A DNA stretch of 64,000 bases from Felis catus (taxonomy: Eukaryota), in assembly GCF_018350175.1 (NCBI RefSeq), contig NC_058373.1, positions 113,462,001 to 113,526,000 on the forward strand, in the 5' to 3' direction. The notes under the pieces are model-generated. The model searched no databases. It was not told where the DNA came from and worked only from the letters and a program-made list of their open reading frames with translations. This document shows positions 50,336 through 61,680 of the stretch, in pieces; position 1 is the stretch's first letter; every line of letters starts with the position of its first letter. The translations under genes and the position numbers were made by a program.

Positions 50336-50634
50336 CTGTTGGGACACAAGAATGTGGGTGCCAAGGAAGCACTAGAAATTGAGGGAAAACTATAGTGCCA
50401 ACACTTCCCACCAGGCTCTTATATCTTCAAGGTCCTTCTCTAAAAGTTCTGTAAATGGGGCTTAGTTTTTCCACAATTGAAGGGCAAACCTATGCTATCA
50501 TCTTTGAATATAAGACTTAAGGACCATTCTTGGGTTATTCACCTCTGTTTCTGCTGATGGGTGACTCAACTGATGGTAAAACAGTCTTTCCCCTCTTCCC
50601 CACTGAAATCTGTTTGGCCTTCTGCAGAACTAAC

Positions 50635-50928
50635 TTTTTTCTTCTTCTTTTTTTAAATGAATTGAGATATAGTTGACAGATAACACTGTATTAGTTTTAG
50701 GTGTAAAACATAATGACTTTATATATGTATATATTGTGAAATGATCACCAAAATAAGTTAACATCCATCATTATACCTAGTTATAAACTTTTTTCTTGTG
50801 ATAAAATTTTTAACATGTACTCTTTTGGCCACTTCAAATATAGAATACGGTACTGGTAACTCTAATACCATGCAGTGTATTACATCCCCAGGACTTATTC
50901 ATCTTGTAACTGGAAGCTTGCATCTCTT
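50635..50928 (-). mobile_element. Short L1 3' end
   Basis: T-tail then gagatatagttgacagataacactgtattagtttt...ccccaggacttattcatcttgtaactggaag; weak TSD agaacYaacYtt. Confidence 0.7.
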
Positions 50929-51050
50929 AGAACCAACCTTCTTGAACACAGGCATGAACTGTTCAGTGCAGGATTTTACACCATGGTGTAGGGCAACTCT
51001 GTATCAGAGCAAAGCCGCTTGAAGTTGGTAACTGCTTGGGACCCTCATAC

Positions 51051-51119
51051 CTGAAGTACTTGTGCTCAGCTCACTACTTGTACTTTCCAGGGATGGATTG
51101 GAACCTTTGTCCCGGCCAT
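51051..51119 (-). CDS. ZFYVE26: ZFYVE26 exon 13 (69 nt): GRDKGSNPSLESTSSELSTSTS
   Basis: tag/gtatga boundaries, phase 1-1; too short for the ORF track, read by hand. Confidence 0.9.
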
Positions 51120-52255
51120 CTAGAGGTATTAGGAAGAGAGAGAATCAACCATCAATTCCTTATAGTGTGGAAAGTGAGAGGTCAGCTTGAAGCCCAGGTC
51201 TGGGTAGTAAGAGTGAGAGGGTGATGGGTAACTATTACATCTGTGCTCTTTCTACAGAAAACACAAGTTTATACAGACCAAAGGTGAAGGGTGGGCTTAA
51301 TATGGCCCTCGTGTTCATATGGGTTGTAGCTTATACCAGTGGCTTCCAACCTGTGGGTCTTAGAGCCACAAGTTACTTCTAGGGGCCAGCAACCCCAATC
51401 TGCTAGTAAGCACTGTCAATATTCTGAGAAAATAGAAGCACAACTATTAATACCAGGAAGTGGTAGGGTGCAAAGGAGGGCCACAAAATTTTCTGACATA
51501 GAAAAAGGTATCCTTGAAAAGGTAGGTAACCAAGTATAAGACCCAGTCTGCCAAAGGCCATGATATTTAAAGCCCTGGAAGAAAGCTTCTTCTCAACACC
51601 TGCTTTCCAAAGTGCTAGGGCTTGTGAATGGAGGCTTGCTATTGTTTAGTGTGGTCATGGGAGGGTGCTATCAGCACCATGCATAGGAGGCTCCTTGGTT
51701 CTCTGTTTGGAAAGGAACAGACAGTGGTAGGAAAGAGAAGGTAAATTGTGCGTTCTTGGGCTGGATGGGTCAAGTGGATGCAAACTATTTTGACTCAAAC
51801 CCATTAGTTGGGCAGCTTAAGGGTCTTAACAACTCAGTCTTGAAGTTTGAAGGTTTCTCGTGTGGTATCCTCCACCCTACTTGGTATGTTCACTTTTTTC
51901 ATTGCCGCTTAGCTAGAGCCTACTCATTCTTCTGAGCTCAGTGCAAGAGTCAACTCTTCTGAAACTTCTCTCTCTAACCCTTCCCTAAATTGTAGACTAT
52001 GCTGATCTCTTCTAAGAGATTCCTTCTTCGGGCTATGCCTCAGTACAGTTTAAGTTTTTCATATATACTGTCAATACAGGTAATTTATAAATTCTTTGAA
52101 GGCAAAGTCCTGGTTCATGGCTCATTCACAATCCTCAAGCTACCTAGCATTGTTCAGCACATAGGAAGCTCTTATAAATTCTTTGTTGTTTATTTACTTA
52201 TTTACTTACTTATTAACTTATTTATATTTAACTTAATTTTTAAAGCTTTTTAAGG

Positions 52256-52595
52256 TTTTTAGAGTTTGTTTGTTTGTTTGTTTGTTTATTTATTTATTTA
52301 TTTATTTATTTTGAGAGAGAGCATGCACGGCATGTGCAGGGAGGGTCTGAGAGACAGGGGGAGAGCCCAAGCAGGCTCCACACTGTCAACACAGAACCTG
52401 ACATGGGGCTTGATCTCACGAATTGTGAGATCACGACCTGAGCGGAGATCAAGAGTTGGATGCTTAGCTGACTGAGCCACCTAGGTGCCCCAAGACTTTT
52501 TCTTTTTAAGTAATCTCTACACCCAATTTGGGGCTTGAACTTACAACCCTGAGATCGAGTTGCATGTTCCATCGACTGAACCAGCCAGGTGTCCT
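52256..52595 (-). mobile_element. CAN-SINE (52256-52491) plus short old CAN-SINE (52497-52595)
   Basis: SINEC heads; (TTTG)n/(TTTA)n tail. Confidence 0.85.
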
Positions 52596-53060
52596 TTCCC
52601 TTAATTATTTAAAAGCCAGCGCCAAAAACCATAATGGAAAATTGAATATCTAAAAATGTAATACTACTGAATAATGATCCTGTTTAAACTCCTTAAGAAA
52701 AACTCATAATCGAAGCCTAAAGACAAAATAGAGAAAAAACTGTAGCACATGACAGAATTTTTTCTTAACGTGTAAAAAGTTTCTTACAATTCAGTAAGAA
52801 AGCAAACCAACTGAAAATATGGACCTTAGAGATGAACACGCAGCCTAAAGAAAAATATAAATGGCCAATATATACATGAAAAAACATTCAATTTCAAGCT
52901 AAAAATTAATATTAAAATACTAAACATAAATCATAAAAACCATTATCATATTAATAATACTGGCAAAGATTTTTTTTCAAATTGATACTACTCATTTTGG
53001 ATGAATGCATGTGCAAATAGGCACTCATGTATAGTTGGTGGGAATATAAATTGGTCCACC

Positions 53061-53297
53061 TTTTTTTTTTAAAATTTTTTTTTTTTCAACGTTTATTTAT
53101 TTTTGGGACAGAGAGAGACAGAGCATGAATGGGCGAGGGGCAGAGAGAGAGGGAGACACAGAATCGGAAACAGGCAAACAGGCTCCAGGCTCCGAGCCAT
53201 CAGTCCAGAGCATGATGCGGGGCTCGAACTCACGGACCGCGAGATCATGACCTGGCTGAAGTCGGACGCTTAACCGACTGCGCCACCCAGGCGCCCC
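53061..53297 (-). mobile_element. Young SINEC_Fc-type element
   Basis: TSD ggtccacctttt at 53053 and 53298; internal 8-bp duplication aaacaggc. Confidence 0.95.
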
Positions 53298-53458
53298 GGT
53301 CCACCTTTTTTTAAGGCAATTTTTTAATATCCATATTTTATATCCATATATCTTTGACCTTGCTATTCTACTGCTAGGGACTTATCCTATAGATATAGTC
53401 ACACAGACATGTATGTATGAACAGACATATATACAGGGTTATTTACTACAGCATTATT

Positions 53459-53688
53459 ATTATTTTTTTTTTTAATTTTTTTTTTCAACGTTTATTTATT
53501 TTTGGGACAGAGAGAGACAGAGCATGAACGGGGGAGGGGCAGAGAGAGAGGGAGACACAGAATCGGAAACAGGCTCCAGGCTCTGAGCCATCAGCCCAGA
53601 GCCTGATGCGGGGCTCGAACTCACGGACCGCGAGATCGTGACCTGGTTGAAGTCGGACGCTTAACCGACTGCGCCACCCAGGCGCCCC
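53459..53688 (-). mobile_element. Young SINEC_Fc-type element
   Basis: TSD tacagcattatt 53447-53458 / 53689-53700. Confidence 0.95.
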
Positions 53689-54113
53689 TACAGCATTATT
53701 TTTAAGAGTAAAAAATAGGAAAAAATTTAAATGTCCACAAAGGGTATATATAACCATGGAATGCTAAGCAGTCTTTAAATTACAAGGGGAGAAAAGGTCT
53801 CAATACATAGTATGATACATCTGTGTATTTAAAAGCATATAAGTGAAAAATACAATCAAGGCTTTCAGTATGTAACGGTAAATACAGTATGACGCATCTG
53901 TATATATAAAATGTGGGATATGCTTATATTGCATGGGAAATTTCTGGAAGGAAACTATTAGCAAGGTTACCTTGGGGGAGTGGGTCTAGGATAATCTTAG
54001 ATCCCTTGTGTTTGTTTGGATCATGTGCTTTATTTTAAAGAATACTAGACAAGTGGAGCATCCCACTTGCCGGGTGCATCGGAATGAGGCGTGGGGAGAG
54101 CTCTTCAGATTAC

Positions 54114-54200
54114 CTGGCCGGATCCTTCTAGTCCGACGCCCCCGGCGGAGACTTGGGTGCCGTGTGGCAATGGGCCGGTATCTTCGGGAAGGTTGTTCCT
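54114..54200 (-). CDS. ZFYVE26: ZFYVE26 exon 12 (87 nt): EQPSRRYRPIATRHPSLRRGRRTRRIRP
   Basis: tttcag/gtaatc boundaries, phase 1-1. Confidence 0.9.
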
Positions 54201-54439
54201 CTGAAACGGCAAACAACATGTCACAGGGAGAGTGTTCAATTTTGATTTGACCCATCTCCTGGGGTCACTGGTAGGAGAAGATCTGGACAGGCTCTGAGAC
54301 AGGTTTCTAACACTGGTTGCTATGGTAATACGCCCTGAGTTAAGGTGTGACTCCCACATACTCCTTGCTCTCTCCCACATTCCTGGGATACTTTTCCTTC
54401 CTCACTTTCAGGACCCACTGGCTCTCCATCTGCTCTCAC

Positions 54440-55051
54440 CTGAGCCCTGGTTGCTTGATACCACCTTGTATCTCCACTGGGCCTCAGAAAGAACCTTGGA
54501 AAACCGGTGCAAGCGGCTCTGCAGTCCGTCTCTGCTTCCAGAGCAGCTCTGGCCTTCTGGCAGCTTTGGCTTCTCAGGGGGGTTGTGGCTACTGAGTTTA
54601 TCCAGCTGCTCCTGGAGAAGCCTGAGGAAGGCCCCTATTGCAAATTCATCAGCCAGGAACCCACTGATACCACTAGTAAAGTGCTTTAGGTCCAAAAAGC
54701 TGTGCCCATGGGGCTCTGGGGAACTGTCTTTTGGCTCTGTCTTCAGACAGCTTGGGATTATAGAAGCAAGGCTCCTGGGGACTCCCTGGCCACCCCGTTC
54801 TGACTTCTTCTCAGGTTGTGCTATGTGCTGAGGGCTCTCTGACGGTGACCTCAAATCCATCAGGCCCTTCCTCCCAACGTCATCATCCTCAGCATAGTCC
54901 TCAGGCAGGTGAGGCTCTGGGTGAAGATCGGCAGAGGTGATGAGGAGCAATGAGAAGATGTTTTCTAGAAGTTCCAGGCACAAAGAGTCAGGAATACTGC
55001 ACAGATACTGTTGACATCTGGCCAGGTATGCTGAGAAGACATCTGAAGCAC
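54440..55051 (-). CDS. ZFYVE26: ZFYVE26 exon 11 (612 nt): ASDVFSAYLARCQQYL...YKVVSSNQGS
   Basis: tttag/gtgaga boundaries, phase 1-1; within ORF 54408..55130. Confidence 0.94.
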
Positions 55052-55312
55052 CTAAAGAAGCATGTGTGAGAGAAGAGGCCAGAGGAAGAGAGAAAATGCA
55101 AATATTAGAAACATTACTTGCCAGACTCAACCATTCTCACAACTTTAACTCTTTCATTTTTTGATGACTAAGGGAAGCAGTTATAGTCAGAAAAATATGA
55201 GGCTAGTCAGCCCTGTCTTTTCATGATTTGTGGAAAGATTTTGCTACCTTAATTAAAAGTACAGCTTACTGAACACTCATCATTTTGTTTCTGTTCTTTA
55301 AATATTATTCCT

Positions 55313-55518
55313 GGAGTGCCTGGGTGGCTCAGCTGGTTAAGGGTCAGACTCTTGATTTCGGAACAGGTCATCTCGGCTCAAGTCCTGATCTCAGAGTCGT
55401 GAGATCAAGCCCTGTGTCAAGCTCTGCGCTGGGCATGGAGCCTGCTTAAGATTCTTTGTCTCTCCCTCTGTCCCTCTCCCTCTCTCATGTGCCCTCTCTC
55501 TCTAAAATAAAAAAAAAT
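55313..55518 (+). mobile_element. CAN-SINE, older
   Basis: SINEC head, CT region, A tail. Confidence 0.85.
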
Positions 55519-55920
55519 ATATACATATGATTCCTCATCTCTGACAAGCACTTTGTATTTCAGCTCTCGGAATGAAGGTAGCATGGAGACTCCTCATCCC
55601 TCAATTCTACTTGCATTCAGTCTTACACCAAAGGTGATCACGAGCTACCCAGATCTCTTAAGAAATACCATTCTCAGAAGTGCAAGTCTATTCCAAAGCT
55701 GCATGGGAGAGAAAACTGACCCCTAGTCACAGAGGGCAAGTTAAAGAATTATAAGTTATTAAGAAAAACGAAACAGGATAAAACATGAGGTTCTGTCATA
55801 ATGTAGGTTGTGACCCATGATATTGACTCAGAGAGCTACATTAAAAAAAAAAAAAAAAAGAACAGAAATATATCAAGACTGTGCTCCACTTGGAAGGGTA
55901 TTATTTCCTAAAACTTAGCA

Positions 55921-55948
55921 TATATATCTCTTATATATATATATATAT

Positions 55949-56000
<52 letters not shown>
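55921..56000. repeat. (TA)n microsatellite
   Basis: seen directly. Confidence 0.95.
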
Positions 56001-56002
<2 letters not shown>

Positions 56003-56302
56003 CATGTAAATTATATACCTAAGTGCAAACAGGAATGTGATGTAAGATGCTATTTTCACTGTGGGTTGTAGTTAAAAAAAGAAGCATTCGGAAAATAATA
56101 TACTATGTGAACAGACTCTGTTAGAACTTAGCAAATCACTTGTTTTCTCCATGTCATTTTGATTCACTCGGGCTGATAAATGGATGAAATTATTCCTGGG
56201 CATAATAAAACCAAGGCCACCTCCCAATCCCACGAAGAACTCACTGGGACAGGCTGTTACCAGCTTATGTGAGTGATGGGGTTCGGGGGAGAAGTGCTGT
56301 AC

Positions 56303-56506
56303 CTGGGGAGGAGACAGAATCATTTGCTGGCTCTGCAGCCAAGGCCAGGTCCTCAGAAGGGCTCTCTCTGCATTCCTGGCACTGGGAGTGCTGGTGTGAG
56401 TTCACACAGAGGGCATAGATGGCATACTTCATGGCACAGAAGCTCTGGTACAGGGTCAGGTTCTGACACCGGCTCAGGTGCTCAGGGACTGGGGCATCGG
56501 CTGAAT
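56303..56506 (-). CDS. ZFYVE26: ZFYVE26 exon 10 (204 nt): SADAPVPEHLSRCQNLTLYQSFCAMKYAIYALC...SSP
   Basis: ttcag/gtacag boundaries, phase 1-1; within ORF 56265..56588. Confidence 0.92.
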
Positions 56507-57023
56507 CTGAATTGTAGAGAAACAGGCAGAACATCACAGTAGGGTGTCTCAGGCAGGAGCTGCAAGTGTGGCTGAAGCAAAGACACACTGCACTTCAGGC
56601 TCAGTGTTCTCATCCTCTCTTCTTGCTGTCAGTTTGACTTGCGCCCTTTCTGGGCCCTTTCCTCCAATCAATATCGACGCGCAGTCCCTCTGTTTCCTTT
56701 TCCCAGCAGCTTCCCTTCTACATGGCTGTTCACTGTAGCCTTCATGGCCATTTAACAAATCTTTCCCTTATATTTCTTAAAATACCTGTTTTCTTTTTTA
56801 AAAAAATTAAAATGTCAAATTAATAGTCTACCTAGTGTCACATTATACAAGAGACAGGCTTAAAATGCATTTAGACTGAGTAATGAGAGTAAAGGCAACA
56901 AAAAATTAGAAACAAATATTTGACATTTTTAAGAAACTACTAAAGCAGAAATCAAGAAATCACAAACTGTTGAAATTCTTTGTACTCTAATTCTCTAATT
57001 TCTCCTTAAAAAAAATTTTTTTT

Positions 57024-57100
57024 AGGGGCGCAGTCAGTTAAGCGTCCGACTTCAACTCAGGTCACGATCTCATGTTTGTGAGGGCTCTGAGCTGACAGTG
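57024..57100 (+). mobile_element. Truncated, internally deleted CAN-SINE head
   Basis: ggggcgcagtcagttaagcgtccgacttcaactcaggtcacgatctc. Confidence 0.7.
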
Positions 57101-57236
57101 TGGGTTTCTGACATTTTAATCTGTCCCTAATTCTTTCCATAGCAAAAATACAACCTGCTCAAACCATCTATATGTTGCCTACAAGAGACTCACTTCAGAC
57201 CTAAAGACCCCTGCAGATTGAAAGTGAGGGGATGGC

Positions 57237-57466
57237 GGGGTGCCTGGGTGGCTCAGTTGGTTAAGCGTCTGACTTCAGCTCAGGTCAAGATCTCACAGTC
57301 TGTGAGTTCGAGCCCCACATCAGGCTCTGTGCTGACAGCTCGGAGCCTGGAGCCTGCTTCATATTCTGTGTCTCCCTCTCTCTGTGTCCCTGCCCTGCTT
57401 ATGCTCTGTCTCTCTCTGTCTCAAAAATAAATAAAAACATTAAAAAAAACTTAAAAAAAAAAAAAA
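57237..57466 (+). mobile_element. CAN-SINE nested in L1
   Basis: TSD gaaagtgaggggatgg 57220-57235 / 57467-57482. Confidence 0.94.
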
Positions 57467-58154
57467 GAAAGTGAGGGGATGGAAAACCATTTACCATGCA
57501 AACAGAAGTGAAAAGAAAGCTGGGGTAGCAATACTTATATTAGACAAAATAGACTTTAAAACAAAGACTGTAACCAGAGACAAAGAAGGGCATTACATAA
57601 TGATACAGGGAACAATCCAACAAGAGAATACAATAACTGTAAATATTTATGCACCCAACACTGGAGCACCTAAAAACATAAAGCAACTATTAATAGACAT
57701 AAAGGAAGAAACTGACAATGATACACTAACAGTAGGGGCCTTTAACACTTCGCTTACATCAATGGACAGACCACCAGACAGAAAATCAACAAGGAAACAG
57801 CGGCTCTGAATGACACATTGGACCACATGGATCTAACAGATACATTCAGAACATTCCATCCCAAAACAGCAGAATACACATTCTTTTCAAGTGTACATGG
57901 AAATCTCTCCAGAATAAATCACATGTTATGCCACAAAATAAGTCTCAGTAAAATCAAAAAACAATGAAATCATTTCCTGCATCTTTTCTGACCACAATGG
58001 TATGAAACTAGAAGTCAACCACAAGAAAAAATCTGGAAAGAACACAAATACATGGAGGCTTAAGTAACGTGCTGCTAAACAATGAAAGAACCACCAAGAA
58101 ATCAAAGAGGAAATAAAACATGGAGACAAATGAAAATGAAAACACAACGGTCCC

Positions 58155-58386
58155 GGGGCGCCTGGGTGGCGCAGTCGGTTAAGCATCCGACTTCAGCCAG
58201 GTCACGATCTCGCGGTCCGTGAGTTCGAGCCCCGCGTCAGGCTCTGGGCTGATGGCTCAGAGCCTGGAGCCTGTTTCTGATTCTGTGTCTCCCCCTCTCT
58301 GCCCCTCCCCCGTTCATGCTCTGTCTCTCTCTGTCCCAAAAATAAAATAAAAAACGTTGAAAAAAAAAAATTAAAAAAAAAAAAAA
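58155..58386 (+). mobile_element. Young SINEC_Fc-type element nested in L1
   Basis: TSD gaaaacacaacggtccc 58138-58154 / 58387-58403. Confidence 0.95.
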
Positions 58387-58802
58387 GAAAACACAACGGT
58401 CCCAAATTGGACATAGAAAAACCTGTTTCAAGAGGGAAGATCATAGCAATACAGACCTAGTTCAAGAAATAAGAAAAATCTTAAATAAACAACCAACTTT
58501 ACACTTATAGGGGCTAGAAAAAGAAGAACAAAGCCCAAAGTCAGTAGAAGTAAGGAAATAATAAAGATTAAAGAAGAAATAAATGAAATAGAGACTAAAG
58601 AAACAATGGAACAAATATATCAATGAAACCAGGAGCTGGTTCTTCAAAAAAATGAACAAAATTGATACACCTTTAGCCACACTCATCAAAAAAAAAAAAA
58701 AAAAAAAAAAAAGGGAGAGAGAGAGCGAGCTAGACAGCATTCAAATAAATAAAATCAGAAACAAAGGAGAAGAAACAACTGATACCATAGTCGTTTATGT
58801 TT

Positions 58803-59023
58803 TTTTTTTTTAAATTTTTTTCAACGTTTATTTATTTTTGGGACAGAGAGAGACAGAGCATGAACAGGGAGGGGCAGAGAGAGAGGGAGACACAGAATCG
58901 GAAACAGGCTCCAGGCTCTGAGCCATCAGCCCAGAGCCCGACGCGGGGCTCGAACTCACAGACCGCGAGATCGTGACCTGGCTGAAGTCGGACGCTTAAC
59001 CGACTGTGCCACCCAGGCGCCCC
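58803..59023 (-). mobile_element. Young SINEC_Fc-type element nested in L1
   Basis: TSD tagtcgtttatgttt 58788-58802 / 59026-59040. Confidence 0.95.
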
Positions 59024-61516
59024 TTTAGTCGTTTATGTTTAATATGAGAGAATATTATGAAAAATTACATGCCCACAAATTGGCAAACCCTGAAGAAATC
59101 GATAAATTCCTACAAACATGTAACCTTCCAAAACTAAATCAGGAAGAAACAGAAAATTTGAACAGACTAGCAATAAAACTGCATTAGTAATTGTAAAACT
59201 CCCAGATCCTGGACCAGACGGCTTCACAGGTGAATTCCAGCAAACATTTAAAGAAGAGTTAATAATACCTATTCTTCTCAAACTATTACAAAAACCAGAA
59301 AAGGAAGGAAAGCTTCTAAATTCATTCTATAAGTCCAGAATTATCCTGATATCAAAACCAGATAAAGATATCCCAAGAAAAGAAAATTACAGGCCAGTAT
59401 TTCTGATGAACATAGATGCAAAAATCCTCAACAAAATAGAAAATTGAATCCAATAATACATTAGAAAAAATGTATTCACTATGATCAAGAGGGATTTAAC
59501 TCCAGCAGGGATATAAGCGTGATTCAGTACTCACACATCGATCAACGTGATATATCACATTGACAAAAGAAAGAATAAAAACCATAGGATCATCTCAACA
59601 GATGTAGAAAAAGCATTTAAGAAAGCACAACATCCATTCATGATAAAAACTCTCTACAAAGTAGGTTTATAAAGAGCACACCTCAACATAATAATTAAGA
59701 CCATATATGAAAAACCCACAACTAACATCATACTCAATGGTAAAAAAGTGAAAGCTTTTCCTCTAAGATTAGGAACAAGACAAGGAGGTCCACTCTCACC
59801 ACTTTTATTTAACGTAGTACTGGAAGTCCTAGCCACAGCAATCACACAAGGAAAAAAAAAGTCATCCAATTACCAATTTTGGTAAGGAAAAAGTAAAATT
59901 TTCACTATTTGCAGATGACATGATAATACTATATATAAAAAAACCATAAGACTTCACCAAAAAGCTATTAGAACTGATAAATTAATTCAGTAAAGTTGCA
60001 GGATACAAAATTAATATATAGAAATCTGTTGCATTAAAAGAAAAACATACAACTTGCTCAAAAAAAGAAAAGCATTAAATGTAGTAAAGCAAAAAAGAAG
60101 AAAAGAAATATTACCCATGACCCTACCAGCTAAATATAACCATTGTTACGTTCTGGTGTAAGGCCTTTAACACTTTTGCATACATATGTGGATATGTATT
60201 TAAATTGACTGTAATGATATTTTATGCACTATTTAATTTTCCTACTTCTTAAATATTATAGTACAAGCATTTGATTATATTTCTTCATGGACTAAATTTC
60301 TGATGGTTGCAGAGTTCCACTGAATGAATCCCTTCCCTAGGGATTCTTCTTGGGCAGGGCATACAGTACTTAGGGATGCTTTGCTACTATGATGTTGCAA
60401 CAAACCCGTTTATGTATATACTTCCTAGTGATTACTTCTTCCAGGAAGTAACCTCAGCTTCACCAAGATCAGGGTGATATGAAGAATAAGACCGATACTG
60501 TTCTATGCCCCTGGCCTCAATATGGCATTACTGATCAGGGCCAGGATTTGCAAGTACTTGCATGACCCTGAGAGTAACTCCTTATATTTTGTACCCCAGA
60601 TGCCTCTCTTGCCTCAGCTTAATCCCAGTTCTATTAATGCCTTCTTTTGCCTTTTCCAAGTTCAAGTTTTGCATGTGTCCTGGTGGGTCACCAGGAATCC
60701 GATTTAAAATACTTCTCCGGAAGCCTTTTGTACGTGTATGTCGAAAACAGTTCTAGTTCCTTTAGGAAATCTGGTAAACAAATTGCCTACTTTTCCAGAA
60801 AAAAATATAGAATGTAGTAACACTGGTTTTCCAATCAGTGGCAGGTCCTTTTAAAAAGTAAATCAAAGCAACATATAGGTTGAGAAACATCTATTGACAC
60901 ATGAAAACATTAGTTTCTCTGAAAGCTAAGTGTCTCTAGCCTGTGTTCTATGTTATAAAGTGATTTTTGGAAGCAAAAAGAATTGAGTTTTAAGCAGAGA
61001 TCCAAGGCTAAAACAAGGCTTTATTTTTTATTGCTTTAGGCAAGTCTTTCTTCTAAACTTCATGTGTTTAGTACATTATGAAGAAGAGACGAGAGGGAAA
61101 GGAAGCATAGAACCTGCTAGGAGAAAGCTTATAAAGCACGGAAAGATTCACCAAGAACTTGCATAAATATTGTCAATGACAGTGTGAATGACAAACTCAG
61201 AGAGCAGGTCCTAATTCCGCTTCACTGGGATGAAGGTATGTGAGTGGTTCTTGCGATGGTTCCACAAGTACAGTTTCTATGTGGACTAGGTTTCTATGGG
61301 ACTATTCTCATAGAATTCCCTATACCTCACTGAGAAAGGAGAGGTATGCACCCAACATCTCATAATCTGATTGGGGCAAATATGGATAATTTAGCAGGTG
61401 TCTGCTGGACCACCCACCTTGACAGATCACATCTAGATAAATCCTGTGTTAAAAGAAACTGGTGTAGGATTGTCCTAAGAGGGAAGCTTGACCAAGTCAC
61501 TCCATCGCCAACTCAC

Positions 61517-61680
61517 CATGCTCTTGCTGGGGGTCCTTGGCTGGCACCATCTGTAAGAGCTTGAGAACATCTTCCTCCCTGAGAGCTGGAAGGTTGGTAA
61601 GGTGATGGAGAGAGTACAGCACAGAGTGGCTGTCTCCACCATGTAAATGACATAAGAGATCTCTCTTTGGTATGGGGTTG
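61517..61680 (-). CDS. ZFYVE26: ZFYVE26 exon 9 (164 nt): NPIPKRDLLCHLHGGDSHSVLY...QQEH
   Basis: cag/gtgagt boundaries; within ORF 61497..61691. Confidence 0.93.

Larger units (their letters stand above)
57164..60046 (+). mobile_element. L1 ORF2 internal fragment (endonuclease to reverse transcriptase), degenerate, flanked by TSD, with 3 nested SINEs
   Basis: ICCLQETHFRPKD-like start; KAGVAILILDKIDFKTK; RT motif ctatttgcagatgacatgata (LFADDMI) near 59905-59925; TSD atacaacYtgctcaaa 57148-57163 / 60047-60062. Confidence 0.9.

Noticed and set aside
54322..54831. 169-aa + strand ORF
   Set aside because: Antisense shadow of exon 11.
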